NCBI GenBank assembly: GCA_051453625.1
Contig: JBOZIK010000001.1
Location: 18,456,089-18,520,088, forward strand
Reading direction: 5' to 3'
DNA length: 64,000 nucleotides
Origin: Welwitschia mirabilis
Taxonomy: Eukaryota
Both the position numbers and the translations under genes were made by a program. The notes under the pieces are model-generated. The model was not told the DNA's origin and made no database searches. It saw nothing but the letters and a program-made list of their open reading frames with translations. Of the stretch, positions 26,129 through 40,200 are shown piece by piece. How positions within the stretch are numbered: position 1 is the stretch's first letter; every line of letters starts with the position of its first letter.

Positions 26129-27250
26129 TGTTACACCACCAACTTATGTATATTTGATAGGATATTTTGAGTTGTTTCATAGGTAAATTAGCACATAAAT
26201 GCTTAGTTCTCATAATAATAGAGAACCAAGATGAAGAGAATGAAAACATGCAAATTCTAGATAAATTANNNNNNNNNNACAACTATTTTGTATAGATATG
26301 GATAAATGATAGTTTTGGATAATGATTCTTACAAATAACAAGCGATCAAACTGACTAAAAACTGACAAAAGCCTATCATTCACCTCATTATTTAGACTTC
26401 AGTAGTGGACGACATCTCTAGTAGGGCAATAAGAAGTTCACATGTAGTTTGCAGGTAGTTAAATGGGGAGTAAAAAAGATATCTAATTATTAATTAGTGT
26501 CGTCTCTCCATCGTCCAAATGACCAAAAGGATGATACTGTTCTATGATACTTTCATTAAATGTTTACCTGAGTTGTCATCACTTTGTTGTGACTTTTCTT
26601 TACATGTTATCTAGGGCTTTTTCTATACTTTTTTATTATTTTTCTTTCCTTTTTTATCTATAAATAAAGGTCTTCCCCTCAATTCCTAATCATCTTCAAT
26701 AGCACTTGACAGACTCATGACAAAAGATCTTGGGACTAAAAAACCATCTTGTAATCCCAGAGAGATGTTCCCTTAGTGTTAGATGGTGTTTCCTTCATTG
26801 AGAAATGGCTACTTTATGATACAGATATTATATGCTTTTTAATATGAATTATCTTCTTTTGTGTTTAATATATACAAGATCTTCTCCCTCATAGTTTATA
26901 TTATTGAAGATTCAAGATAGATTTCTTTTGTTATATAGATTATGAGGGTAGCCTTTATTAAAGTTAAGCTTAATTAGTTTAGGTGCATTGTTATTTCCTT
27001 TCCTAGATTAGTTTTACATAAATATGTTTTATTTTATTTCTATGCATTGCAATTTATTTTAGTAGGTTAGGGTTATATAATTTTCTCTTGAAAGCAACTC
27101 TTTTATTTCCATACTTTGGCCTTCGACAGAATTACAACATTCAGATCACTCCCTTCTATACTAGTATGTTGTATTTGTGCTTATTAATTGTGATTAACAG
27201 GATTTAGCTCAAGACATAAATGTTGCATAAATATGCACTGCAACAGAAAA
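26129..27250 (+). repeat. Gypsy LTR (solo or partial), same start as the LTR at 24872
   Basis: TGTTACACCACCAACTTATGTATATTTGAT matches TGTTGCACCACCAACTTATGTGTATTTGAT at 24872; TATAAATA ~26658; right end uncertain. Confidence 0.55.
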
Positions 27251-27289
27251 GTTTATGACTAATTTTCTAAAATGAAGGTATTAAAGTTT

Positions 27290-30200
27290 AAACATTCTAT
27301 GAAAATGGATGCCATACCCCTCAACCAAGACTAAACTTTGTTCTCAAAGTTTAATGATGAAAAGTGTTAAAAACCATTTTGAGAACATATCCTTAGAAAA
27401 ATTTCAATAAGTCCTTTTATTGAAAGAAAAGATACAAAGTAATGAAATTAAGGAAAAACTACCTAATGTGAGACAACGATTTTATTTCTTTCTAAAAACT
27501 CTAAGTAAAATATCAATTCATAAAAGGTTTTTTTTCATAAAGTAGGGATGAAGGGGAATGGATGATGGATATGGAACATGCAAATATGACAAAGAATTTG
27601 ACCATGCAACAAATGAATAAAGGAAATAACCTACCTAAGTCAATGATCTATATTATATTTTTGTGATTTTTAATGGATCTTGATGTCAAATAAGTGTAAT
27701 ATTGACCAAGAAACTTACAGGAATTCAAGAAATCATAGCAAATCTTTAGTGTGAAAGTTAAAAGACAACAGAACATAGAAGGCTTATAATTCCAACCTTT
27801 TTCTTTTCCTTATTTTCCTTTTTTGCTAACATATCTATTAGTTTTAAGCCTTTCAATCATATCAAGCATTAAGCATTACAGCATTTTCTTCCAATAGAGT
27901 TAGGCATGTTATTTTATGAAGATGTAAGTGCTGCATTGCTAGCAAGCATTTGTAGCCATAATGCAGTTGATTATGTTGTAATTACATCATTAGAACTGCA
28001 TCACCAGTGAGCGTCTATAACCTTAATGTAGTCAACTAAATCCAATTAAGTAATTAGTGAGATGTGCATTTAGAGAAGGGATATTATTTGTCTTTTGTTC
28101 GTATTCTCATATTCATTTTTATGCACATTAAAGGGTTCATTGCCTCATTATCCTAACTAAGAAAAATTTTGTGCCCATGAAAGATTTAAATGTAAGGAAC
28201 ATGCTATGAGGATAGATTCAATCTTTTCAGCAAAGTTTTACTAAAATTAAAGATGTCAAGTGATCATGATTTTAACAATAAAACGCAAAGTAAGTGTAAC
28301 TCTTCCTTGAAAACCCATAGGTAAACTTAATCATAACTACTACTTAAGATCACTTATTATTGATTTTTGTTAAAGGCCATTAACTTGAATCTATAAGTCT
28401 CAGAAATTCATAGATGAATGGCTAGGATGGATGATCTATTAACTTAGTGGGATTATTGGGAAGTGCAAGGAATGGATGAAGAGGCTTAAGATGACAAAAT
28501 TTGGGATTTCCTAAGTAAAAGGTTTTAAAGCGATGATTATACATGTGGTAGTTATTGTGAGGTTTTAGGTGAGAGAGACGAGCAAGCACAAAAGTTTTTA
28601 ATGTTTTTATTTTTTACCAACTTAAATCTATTCTAATATAAAAATCTATCATAAAAGAAAAATCTAATCTAAAAGAATAAAATAAAACTAAAATTTTGCT
28701 AAGATGGTATATGCATGTAGGCTTAAGGTATGGAAATGAAGGTTGGATGATTCAAAACTTTGAGAATCATTTTAAACTGGGAGAAAATCCGTGTAGATTT
28801 TTATGCAAAAGTTTATGAAACTAGAAAGAACATTAGTAGAAGTAAAAATGTTTATGAATTTAAAATCAGTAGTAGTTCATCCCTTATCTTGTTTATGTTT
28901 ATTCAATAACTCTTGTAAGAGATCATTTTGAGAAGAATAATTGGAAATCACTTGATAAGATAGATCTTCATTTCAAGAATTATGTTTAAGATTTTTGAAA
29001 GGTAATTCCAATTCTATAAAAGGCTTATTTCTTTCGTTAAGGATTAGGTCTTACTTAATAGATAATGGTTAAGATACAATGGTTAGTCCCTGGAGTTGTT
29101 GACAAAAAGATCAGGATTTCTCTTATGATGAATCATGAATGAATTTTTTTCTAATGTTCTCTTCCTTATTAAGATTACTATGGGATTCCTGCTTAAGTGA
29201 CAATAGTTGTAATTCAATGTTCTCTTTCTTGATGTTGATCAATTACTCATCCGTTATTGGAGGACTCTTTAAGGTATAACCTATATTAAATAGTTGTTCA
29301 TCTTCTAATGATTTCTCATCCTTTGATATGTCTAACCCTCTACTAAAGTATAGATTTCCTGTGATTAACGTCTAGTGCATTCTTAAACTCAAGATCCTCA
29401 TGGCTTTCATTATTAGTTTATTCATCATTCCTAGAGGATATGACTTGAGTATCATTGGCTTCACTCTTCTTAATGCTTTTAAAGTTTTTAAGACTCTTAG
29501 ATTTGTGGACTATAGGAAGGTCTTCTTTTTATTAGTTAAGAATTCTAATGATTTAAGCACTAGTCTAGGTTATTTATTGGGGGATTTGGGTGTGGGTTTG
29601 GAAACTTTACTCAAGGTTACTTAAAAAAGAGAAGTGTTATCTCAAAGTTCTTGCATGATCATTGTTACTTTATCCTCGAATATCCATGAATTTTCTTACT
29701 AACTCCTCAAGGGTGATGGATGAAGAGTATTGTTACATGTAGGAAGATGAAGGGTAAGGATTAAATGATGAGGAATAAGGTGTGAAAGGTATGGAATCAA
29801 ACTTTTGTTCAAAATAGGGTTTTTCAAATTTGGGATAAGGATTTTGACTTATATGTGGAGGGTATTAGTAAAATAAATATGAAAAGTAGGGTAAAGGGTA
29901 ATGGTTATTATAATTATGTTAGGTGTAGTCTCCTATAGTTTTCTTGGGCCATATGTAAGATCCTAATGTTTTGGGTTAAACATAATTAGGTGTGTTATAG
30001 GGATTTTTATAGTTTTCATATGTAAAGTAGGGTTTACAAGGTGTTCCTTATAATCTCCCAAGAGCATCATATTTCTAACTCATGTTAAGCTTTCAGAAAA
30101 TGGTATATCAGGTTTACTAAAATATTTACATTTTTATGACTTCTTAAAGATGCAGAGAAGGTCTGATATCAGAAAGGTTCCAAAGAGGTGAGATGAGGTT

Positions 30201-32143
30201 TTTTGCAAAGTATTACAGTGTTTTAAGCAAAAGAATCGGTAACGTCAATCAGGGAAGATGGTCATGCTATTTTAGTTATAAATTTTAGTTTTAACAAAAA
30301 CACAAAGATTTACAAACGTCACATAGATTTGTTCAACATATTAGGGTTATAAAAAAATGTAATAAAAATAAAAATGATTATGCACATGAAATCAATCTTA
30401 ACAAAAATTAAATTGTAAAATTTTCTAGATTTTTAATGTTTATGATAGTGAACATACTGAGTAAAAAATTAAAAATCAAATTATAAGAATTCAAGAAATA
30501 AAGCACAAAAGGTGAGTTAAATTTTAGTTCTTTGCTTCTTCGTTGCAACCTACAAAACAATGTTAGTTCTATATCACAAATTAAGTTAGAGTAATAAAAA
30601 CTAAAGAAAAACTCAAAAAAGAACTAATTCAAGCATCACTGGAAGTGACCAGCACCAATCAATAAAAGGGAAAAAACAACACACAAACAGAAGAAAGAAA
30701 ACTTGTTTAGATATCATTAGAGAGGACTAGTACCCACCATTAGAAAAAGAAAAACTATCATGCCACTATCTATGATAATGACACCAACATATGGTATTCA
30801 TGTACATGAACACAATTTAAAATTAACACTCAAGTATTATTCTTCCACAGGGACAATTAGGATAGGGTAATTAAAATTTACATAATCTTTCTTAATTATA
30901 AGTTATAAATTAAAGAAAGGAAAAAGAGGGATTTAAGAATTTTGGTTTTAAAACTCCATTTGGAAAACTAGGAAGCAAGTAAGCTCTAAGTTTTTACTAA
31001 CTTGTCCTTCTGTAATTCTTTACTTTGATCATATGTTGCACTATCTTAAAACACACTTCAAACTATTAAGTATCATGGTTTGGGTTATGGTGACATAATC
31101 TTATTCACCATATAAAGGTTGGTGAACTCAATTATCATTTGATCCTTTGCAACCTTAAAATAAAAATGGAAAGTAAGAACCCTAGGTACTCAAGATTCAT
31201 GAAAATACTAAGACTTGGATAAAATGATTATGAAACTCACTCAAATGAAAATAGAACTTGATAGTCACATTATTATTTAAGCATTCCTAGTATAAGTGAT
31301 TTGTGACTAGTAATCAAAGGAAAAACAACTCTTATGCATTGAATCAAAGAAAGACATATTCCATTAGAGATAGAAGGAAGCTAAAAGAACTTCTCAAGCT
31401 ATCCTTAAATTAAGCTTACTACCTAAGAAAGTGCTTAAAAGACCATCGCGACTTAAAACTCTAAAGGTTCTATGCTTGTCCAAAATGAAGGATATTACAA
31501 ATAAGGGCTTAAGGCCCTTTTATAGGTAAGCATGAGGTGAGGGATGGTTACAAGCCTTTAGCTTGTAGTATTAGATGAGTGGTTATAAAATATGACATAT
31601 AGTGTTAGGTATGGTGTTTGTCATCTTTCATTAGATACAAATCATCATGAACACGATAGTTGTTTTCTAGATGTTACTGCTTCTGCTAATTGCTAAGGCT
31701 ATCATGTGTCCCCACTGTCCTTTTGCTCAACACTGCCACATGTTGTTGCTGCATGTCATTGTCATCCCTGCCAAGTGTTGTTAAAGATGCAAGTTATTTC
31801 TAAAGTAAAATCTGATTAAGCCCATAATTGCATTTGATTAAATTTTGCATGACAATTAAAAAAATGTAAGATTTGAGGTGATTTGCTTAGAACTACTGGT
31901 AGTGCCAGCCTTCAAAGTGCAATAATTATCTTAAAAATTTCATGGATAGATGATAAGTTAAAAAGCATGTCCTTCAAAGTGTAATAGATATCCTAAAAAT
32001 GTCATGGGTAGATGATAAGTTCAAAATTATTATATATACAAAAATAATAGAAGATATGTTTTTATGATGAATTAGATAAATTAATGTTTTCCATTAACAT
32101 AAATTAGTTAGTTAACTAGATCAAAATGTCAATTTTTACATGT
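27290..32143 (-). mobile_element. Non-autonomous Athila-like element copy A (5' LTR ~30792-32143, decayed PBS ~30769-30786, pol-less internal region, 3' LTR missing)
   Basis: Co-linear similarity with 58-64 kb and 37-44 kb; LTR shares TGGTGACATAATCT... with 37572 and (reverse) ~53890; PPT-like motif ~27315. Confidence 0.7.
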
Positions 32144-32485
32144 TAGAGTTTTAGGATATGCAACTTATAAGAATGGAATAAAAATAAATCCTATCAACCT
32201 TCAGCTTAGCACTAATGTTTTTCTTTTTAAGAATATTAAATACACTAGATATTTACATATTTGTTATTATGTAAAATTCATTTAAGATTTATCCAAAATT
32301 TCAAAACCATTAACAAATCTTCTCATCAAGGATATTTCTTTTGATTGAATTCTTAAATGTAATGATGCCTTTGTGAAATTTAAACATCTTCTAAGTTAAT
32401 CGTCTATGTTGCAAGCTTTTGATTGCTCTCTTCCTTTTGAGTTATTATGTGAATGTAAGTAATGATAATATAGGAGTAACTTTAG
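32144..32485 (+). pseudogene. Gypsy RT-RNaseH linker fragment, paralogue of ~34840-35180
   Basis: Clearly alignable sequence (ACTAATGTTT.TCTTTTTAAGAATATTAAA...CCATTAA.AAATCTTCTCAT...TGCAAGCT.TTGATT). Confidence 0.75.
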
Positions 32486-32499
32486 AAGATAATAATTAA

Positions 32500-35400
32500 G
32501 TAGATAAATAATATATAAGATAGGGGACCCTTTTAGAATAATAACAATAGAGACCATCATCTCCTTATGAAAGTTATTATAACCTAAAATGTAAAAATCA
32601 CCTTAGTTTCTCATGGAAGTTTGAGTAAAATAAAACATCTTCTTTACAAGTGCCTACTCAATCTTAGGGTAGACTAGTAGATGATATTCTTAAAAATTTA
32701 GAAAAATCCAATTGGCTAATAATAACAAACAACTTCAAGTAATAATCAAAATACTGAATCTTTTAAATGTTCAGAACAACGAATGTAGAAAATTTTAAAC
32801 TACAACCCACTTTTTAACTTCAATTAACTAAATAAAAAATCTTAAGTTACTAGCCCAACCCATTTCTAACCCAAAGGGTGTCAACATAGTTGAAGAAGAA
32901 GGAGAATTTAAGAGAGTTAATACTATCTCGCTTAGAAGTGGTAACTAAATAAATAACAATGTTTAACCACCCAAGGAATACCCTTTCCAAATCCCAATAA
33001 TCTTTAAACTTAATAAAAATGAAGACTATAACATGAAGAGATTTATATGTAAATAACTAAGAAAGATTCCACTTCCTAAATGCGTTACTCACTTAAAAAG
33101 AAATAGTGTAAAGTACAATATTTAAAGATCTTTAAGGAAGTAAAAATAAACATTCATCTTTTAAATGTTATTAAGAAAGTTCTTTCTTATGTAAAAGTAT
33201 TTAAATAAATGTGAATGAAAAACTAAAAATGAATGTTAATAAGAATGATTTTCTAACCCAATAAATAAGTGGAATTGTTCAAAACTTACTTCTACCAAAG
33301 TTTAGATATCTTAGTTCCCTAACAATTTCATGTGTCATAGGTATCAAGAAGATTGACGAATCCTTATTAGAATTGAAATCTAGTGTTAACCTAATGCCAT
33401 ATTCATTACATTAATAACTTGAAAAGGATTCAAGAAAACTAAAATAACTTTTGCAAATTTTTTACCACTTAACTAATATCTCCAAGGGGATAGAAAAAGA
33501 TGTTTTAGTATAAGTAGATAAATTTTACTACCCACTGGACTTCATAGATTTAAAGATGGAAGAGAACTCAATATGACTTTCCCTTGTCTTAGGAATATCA
33601 TTTTTAGCCACCTCTAATGTTTTAATAAATTGTAAAAATGGAGTAGTAAATATGTTCTTTAGGAATATGAATATAAAGTTATAAGTTTTTAATAAAATAA
33701 AAACGAATACTATGAATGACCGAAAAGACCTAGACTTAGCTGGAACTAATCAAGATGAAATATTTAAATCTTTATTCTCATTAGAAAATCATCCACTATG
33801 CAAAGCTTATAAATATTTAGTAATTATCCTTTAAAAGGATTCCAACTTTGAGACATTTCATAAGAAGACCAAATTTAAACCTTTATTGGGTGCGTTATAA
33901 AAGAAACCTTGTGGTAAAGAGTGCATTTCTAAAAACTATTCTTAAAGACCTAAAATATACATTTATAGGAAATACCTAATCCTGTTCTATAGTAGTCTTT
34001 ATAAAATTATCCATTTCCCAAGGAGAAACCTTAGTTTTTATGCTTAAGCAACATAAAAAGTTTATAGGATGAACTATTTTTAATTTAAAAGGAATAAAAT
34101 CTATTATATGCAATGATAAAATTTATTTAGCAAAAAATCTTAAGCCTAGTAAAGAGTCTTAACATAAATCTTACATGGAAGAAATAGTTATGAAGGAATT
34201 CCTTGAGTCACTGGATGCCAATGTTCTATATCTAGTATTTGATAGTTAATGCCTAATCCCTACACAACCTATCACTAAGAAGTGTGGAATTACAATACTG
34301 AAGAACAAGAATAATGATTTGATTTAAAATAGAGTAAAAGTAGGTAGAGAATTCACATTGACTATAGAAAGCTAAATAGTATGTCTCATCAAATCATTTC
34401 CCTTTACTTTATTAATCAGATCTTATAGACAATAGCTACTCATGCTTGTTATGCTTTCTTAAATTGATATTTAAGACATAATTAAATATCATTTACAACT
34501 GAAAATTAAGAAAATACCACCTTTACATGTCCATTACCTATAAGAGGATAACCTTTATCCTTTTTTATGCCCCATCTACCTTCTAATGTTGCATGATGAG
34601 TGTATTCTCGAATATGATAAAAGAATCTACTGAATTCTTTATAGGTGAATTTTCTTTTTTTGATCATACTTTTGACTCTAGTCTGCATTATTTAGGACAT
34701 TTATTTATTTTTAATGGATGAGTTTTCTATTTATAATCATAGGTTTCAATCTAGTTTGCATTATTTAGTACATGTCTGTACATGTTGAAAAGAGAAAAAC
34801 ATTATTCTTAACTAGGAGAAGTTCATGGTTAAAAAAGGCTTAGTCCTAGGGTATGCGATTTATAATAATAGAATAGAAATAAATCCTACCAAAATTAAAC
34901 TTATCACTAATGTTTCTCTTTTTAAGAATATTAAAGACATTAGATATTTTCTTAGACATACTTGTTATTATAGAAAATTCATTCAAAATTTCTTCAAAAT
35001 TTCATAACCATTAATAAATCTTCTCATTAAGGATATTTCTTTTGAATAAATTGTTAAATGTAATGATGGCTTTAAGAAAATTAAACATCTTCTAAGTTCA
35101 TCTTCTATGGTGCAAGCTCTTGATTAGTTCTTCCTTTTTATTTATACATGAACATAAGCGATTATGCTATTGGAGTAAATTTAGGTCAACAAAAGGCAGA
35201 AAACCATATATTATTTACTAAGCAAGAAAAAGAATTTTAGGTTCTAAACTAAATTATCCAACAACTAAAAACAAGCTTCTCATAGTTGTTTTTATCTTAA
35301 TAAAATTTAGACCACATGTCATAAGTGCAAATAATATTATATTTACTAATCATTTTAATTTTAAATACTTAATGAATAATAAAGGTTATTATTCTAGATT

Positions 35401-36030
35401 AATGAGATGAACACCGCTTTACAATAATTTGATCTTAGAATCAAGGATAAAATAGCTTTTGGTCACTTATCTTTAATTAAACCTCACTTTCCATTTTTTT
35501 AAATTAAATTTTCATAAATAACTTATTTCTTAATAAACATCTTCTATATTTACAAGAGAAACCTTCGTATGCTAACATATCTTATCATCTTGTTACTCGT
35601 AACCTACTAAATCATTAAAAGAATTAAGACAAAAGGAAATCTTTGCATGAAGTAAATAACTACTGGTAGAATAATCTTTATCTTTTTTCATACTACTCTA
35701 ATTAAATCATTCATATATGTACTTCAAAAATTTAAAAATTAATTGTCTTAAAATTCACACATGATAAAGTGTGTGAAGGTTATTTCTCTTAAAAAAATAC
35801 TTTACATAAAATATTTTAGTTTAGAATCTATTCTCCAACTCTCTTTATAGATGCTTATCAATCTTGTAGAGCTTGTAATAAATGTCAATTTTTATGTAGC
35901 ACTAGAAAGAGAGATACAATGCTCCTTTCTCCTATTCTTAATACCTAAACATTTTATGTTTGGGTCAGAGATTTAGTTGGTTATTTCCATTATCTTTTAA
36001 ATACCTATACATATCATTTTTATAGATTAA
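32500..36030 (+). mobile_element. Heavily decayed Athila-like gag-pol
   Basis: RVNTISLRSG ~32915, LLELKSSVNLMPYS protease ~33365, IDYRKLN ~34357, LMDEF ~34714, VLGYAI...IEINPTKI, RNaseH and IN N-terminal relics. Confidence 0.85.
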
Positions 36031-37263
36031 ATTACTATGAAGTCTAAAATTTTAATAAAATAAAGTATTAATAGTCATAAATTTTTCTTATTTTAGAATT
36101 ATAATACTACACATAAAGGTATTTTTTTTACTTTTGAAGAGCTAAGAGTACTAGATATTTAACAAGTATAAAATAATGCATTTTGATTAATTTTGATGTG
36201 AATTGTGATGATCATGNNNNNNNNNNNNNNNNNNNNNNNNNNNNNNNNNNNNNNNNNNNNNNNNNNNNNNNNNNNNNNNNNNNNNNNNNNNNNNNNNNNN
36301 NNNNNNNNNNNNNNNNNNNNNNNNNNNNNNNNNNNNNNNNNNNNNNNNNNNNNNNNNNNNNNNNNNNNNNNNNNNNNNNNNNNNNNNNNNNNNNNNNNNN
36401 NNNNNNNNNNNNNNNNNNNNNNNNNNNNNNNNNNNNNNNNNNNNNNNNNNNNNNNNNNNNNNNNNNNNNNNNNNNNNNNNNNNNNNNNNNNNNNNNNNNN
36501 NNNNNNNNNNNNNNNNNNNNNNNNNNNNNNNNNNNNNNNNNNNNNNNNNNNNNNNNNNNNNNNNNNNNNNNNNNNNNNNNNNNNNNNNNNNNNNNNNNNN
36601 NNNNNNNNNNNNNNNNNNNNNNNNNNNNNNNNNNNNNNNNNNNNNNNNNNNNNNNNNNNNNNNNNNNNNNNNNNNNNNNNNNNNNNNNNNNNNNNNNNNN
36701 NNNNNNNNNNNNNNNNNNNNNNNNNNNNNNNNNNNNNNNNNNNNNNNNNNNNNNNNNNNNNNNNNNNNNNNNNNNNNNNNNNNNNNNNNNNNNNNNNNNN
36801 NNNNNNNNNNNNNNNNNNNNNNNNNNNNNNNNNNNNNNNNNNNNNNNNNNNNNNNNNNNNNNNNNNNNNNNNNNNNNNNNNNNNNNNNNNNNNNNNNNNN
36901 NNNNNNNNNNNNNNNNNNNNNNNNNNNNNNNNNNNNNNNNNNNNNNNNNNNNNNNNNNNNNNNNNNNNNNNNNNNNNNNCAAACTATCAAACTTACGGGT
37001 GACTCATAGATTCTTTTCCTTCATCAGATTTCATACACTTGCTAATGTGATGATTTTGACTCATTTTGACACTGTATTCATGAAATCAAAGCACATTAGA
37101 ACTTATTAGGACATTATTAGATTAGAAATTTGCATTTCAAAAGCCTTACCTTAGTCATTTTTGATCATTTTCATATTAGATGTAATGTCTTCATGTAATA
37201 TTAGCCTTGAACAATGTAATCAAGACCAAATGCAATTTTAGATTTTTGGGTGGTTATTATTTA

Positions 37264-40200
37264 TGTCTAACTTTTACAAATTTATAAACCAAGACTCATG
37301 TTGTAGTAAAGTCCTAGTGCCGTTCTTCCCATAAGGATTAATCAAGGTACAAAACTAAACAACAATGACACAAACTTCTTTAACTTGAAAAGGGTTCAAA
37401 ACAAATTGAAATCAAGATTGAGATAAATGAATCTTTAATGGTAAAGGTATGAACATGAACTAACTTTGAAGGAAAAACCTAAATCACCTAATAACAAAGT
37501 CTTTACTTCAATAATATACTATAAATTCCTAAAAAAATCTTAAAGTTATCACATTGTGATGGATCAAATCTTGGTGACATAATCTCATTTACCACATAAG
37601 TAGTGGTGAACCTCTTAGTCACTTTGGTCCTTCATAGCCTAATGTAAGCATGAAAAGTACAATAAAATACCCAAAGACCACAAAGTAAGATGAATATAAT
37701 CATGAAGTAAACTAAAGAAACTAACTCAGAAAATAAAAGTACTTGATAAATATGTACCCTCATTCAAGCCTTAAAAATACAAGGTTGATTACAATTCAAA
37801 ATCAAGGATGAAGAACTATTTCATAAAAGAACAAGAATTTCATTACACTGAAGAAAGAAAACTAAATTGATATAGACTCATCAAGCTAGCCTTATAGCTA
37901 GCTCACTCCCAAAGGAGAAGCTTAGAAAGACATGATGATCAATGCTCTAAGGGTTCAATGATTTTACCAGTGAAAAATTATTATAAATAAGGGTACCTAA
38001 TTCCTTTTGTAGGAAAAAATAGGTTTAGGATTTCTTAATTATAGTTTCTAATTTAGGGTTTTATAATTAAAAATTTAATACTTTTATGGATGGAGATTTT
38101 ATCAAAATTTAATGCTGTAACTACTGAACCCCATAATTCAAAATTTATTACTTCTAAAGGATAAGTCCAGAACATAATGTTTATAGTGTTTTGCCTTAAA
38201 GGACTGATGGGATTAGTGACATAGATGGTGGTGCTGATGTTTTTTACTGAAATAGTTCCAACTTTTGACATGTATTTTAGAATGCATCATAATACCTAAA
38301 ATCATCATAGGGAAATGCATAAGTTCATAAATTATATTAAAATGGGAAAATACATAATTTTATAATAAAATAGTTAATTTAATGTCTTTGCCCAAGCTAA
38401 AGTGATTTGATATACTTAGTTTAAATGTTAATTTTTACACGTTATAACACTCCCTAACCAGACTTTTATTAGATTATTAGCAAAAAAAACCATGAAAAAA
38501 ATGATCTAACATGAAAAAATTCTAAAGAAAAACATTCAAGGATGAGAATGCTACAACTATTGCAAATTTTTAACTAATTTTTAAAAACCAAGGCATCAAA
38601 ATTAGAAAAATTCTTAAAAAATATGGATGTTATACCCCCTAACCAAAATTGAACTTTGTCCTTAAAGTTTTAAAAAGATAGAACATTTCAATATAATTTT
38701 TGAGAACATATCAATGCTTAGATTATTTCTCAAAAATTAATGTGAAGGATAAAGGAAAGGAGTAGAAGGAGGAGAATGAAAAGTCTCTTAAATAGAATCT
38801 TTACCTTTACAAGGATTTGTTAGAGGTGCATAGGAAGCGACACGAGAAGGAATAGTGCAAACAAAAGAGGGGCCATCTTGAATTCTTTCTTCTTACTTTA
38901 GCTACGCTGATCTTTATGCTATTCATGTAATTACCCTAAGATCCAACCCATATTCATGTACTTTTGGACTTGGGTTATTTTATAGGGAGTAATAATTTCA
39001 ATGTAGGCTCTATCCTAACCTTTACAATCCAAGGTTTGGTAAAGGTTATTGCAGATAATATCATAAATAAGGCAGGGAAATGGAAGGTTACTTTTTATAT
39101 CTTACATAATTGATGATGGTCCAAACAAAAATTTGGCAATGTTAAACGATTGATCTTCTTGGATAATTCTAATAAGGTCTAAGAGGTTGTTATAGGCATT
39201 TATGACGTGAGAAGTGATAGGATATTAAGAATAATAAAATGAAATAGAGCAAGTTTGTTTTTATGCAAAAATTTACAAGGTAAGGATCCTTTCTATTAGG
39301 TGCATATTCTACATCTAAATCATAATAAAAATATTTTAGAGCTTTAACTAAGGTAAAAGGAAGATGCTCTAAATAATCTACTCCTAAAACAATCTCAAAA
39401 TTAACTAAGGAAATTAAAAAATAATTCTGGTGTATATGAGAATGGATTATCTAGGGCTCTTCATCATTTAATAAAGAGTTTTTGCAGAATTAAAGCATCC
39501 ACTTAGGGTACTTAAATGTGTTGGCCTCTTTTAACAAGTATTTCCATCCTCTGGTTTCTATCCTTGCTAAGTAGAATGGAGAATACATATCCTAAAATGA
39601 ACTGAAGATTCCTTCTTCAATGAAGGCTTCATGTCTATCACTCATGTTTCCTAAGAATTAGTAATAGAATAGGAAAAAAGCAAAAGAATTATAGAGGTGA
39701 GAAGAGAGAAAGTAAAAGAACATAATGTTAGGGCTGAAAGATGAACTAGAAATTAAAATTATGAGAAAGATCATTAAAAATTAATTAGAATAGAGTTACC
39801 CTATGGCACAATAAATTAAAGAATTTGGATAGAGGGTGTGACAAAAATCTGAGCATAATCTAAAACAACATAATAACAATATTGGTGGAGGCAAGCAATG
39901 GCATTAGCAATTTGTAGAAAAATCATATAAGAATTGACTAATAGCTAGAAGAAGGCATCAAAGGAGGTTTTTATAAGTAGGAAAGCAAATTCATGTGAAG
40001 GGGTTCAAGTTTTTATAGAAGTAAGGTGGAATGAAGACCATAGGATTTACTAAACTCATCAATGATAAGGATTAACTAGTTAAGGATGAAGGCATGGATT
40101 AAATGGTCATTTTACAATAAACACAATTGTCTCTTCTGATTTGTTTTTTCATGGAATGAAATGGTGAAAATGGTAATGCAATTGGGTGCAAGAAATATAC

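Noticed and set aside
27925..28045. Hammerhead or twister ribozyme (retrozyme) interpretation of the twin hairpin
   Set aside because: No CUGANGA...GAAA core or twister consensus seen on either strand.
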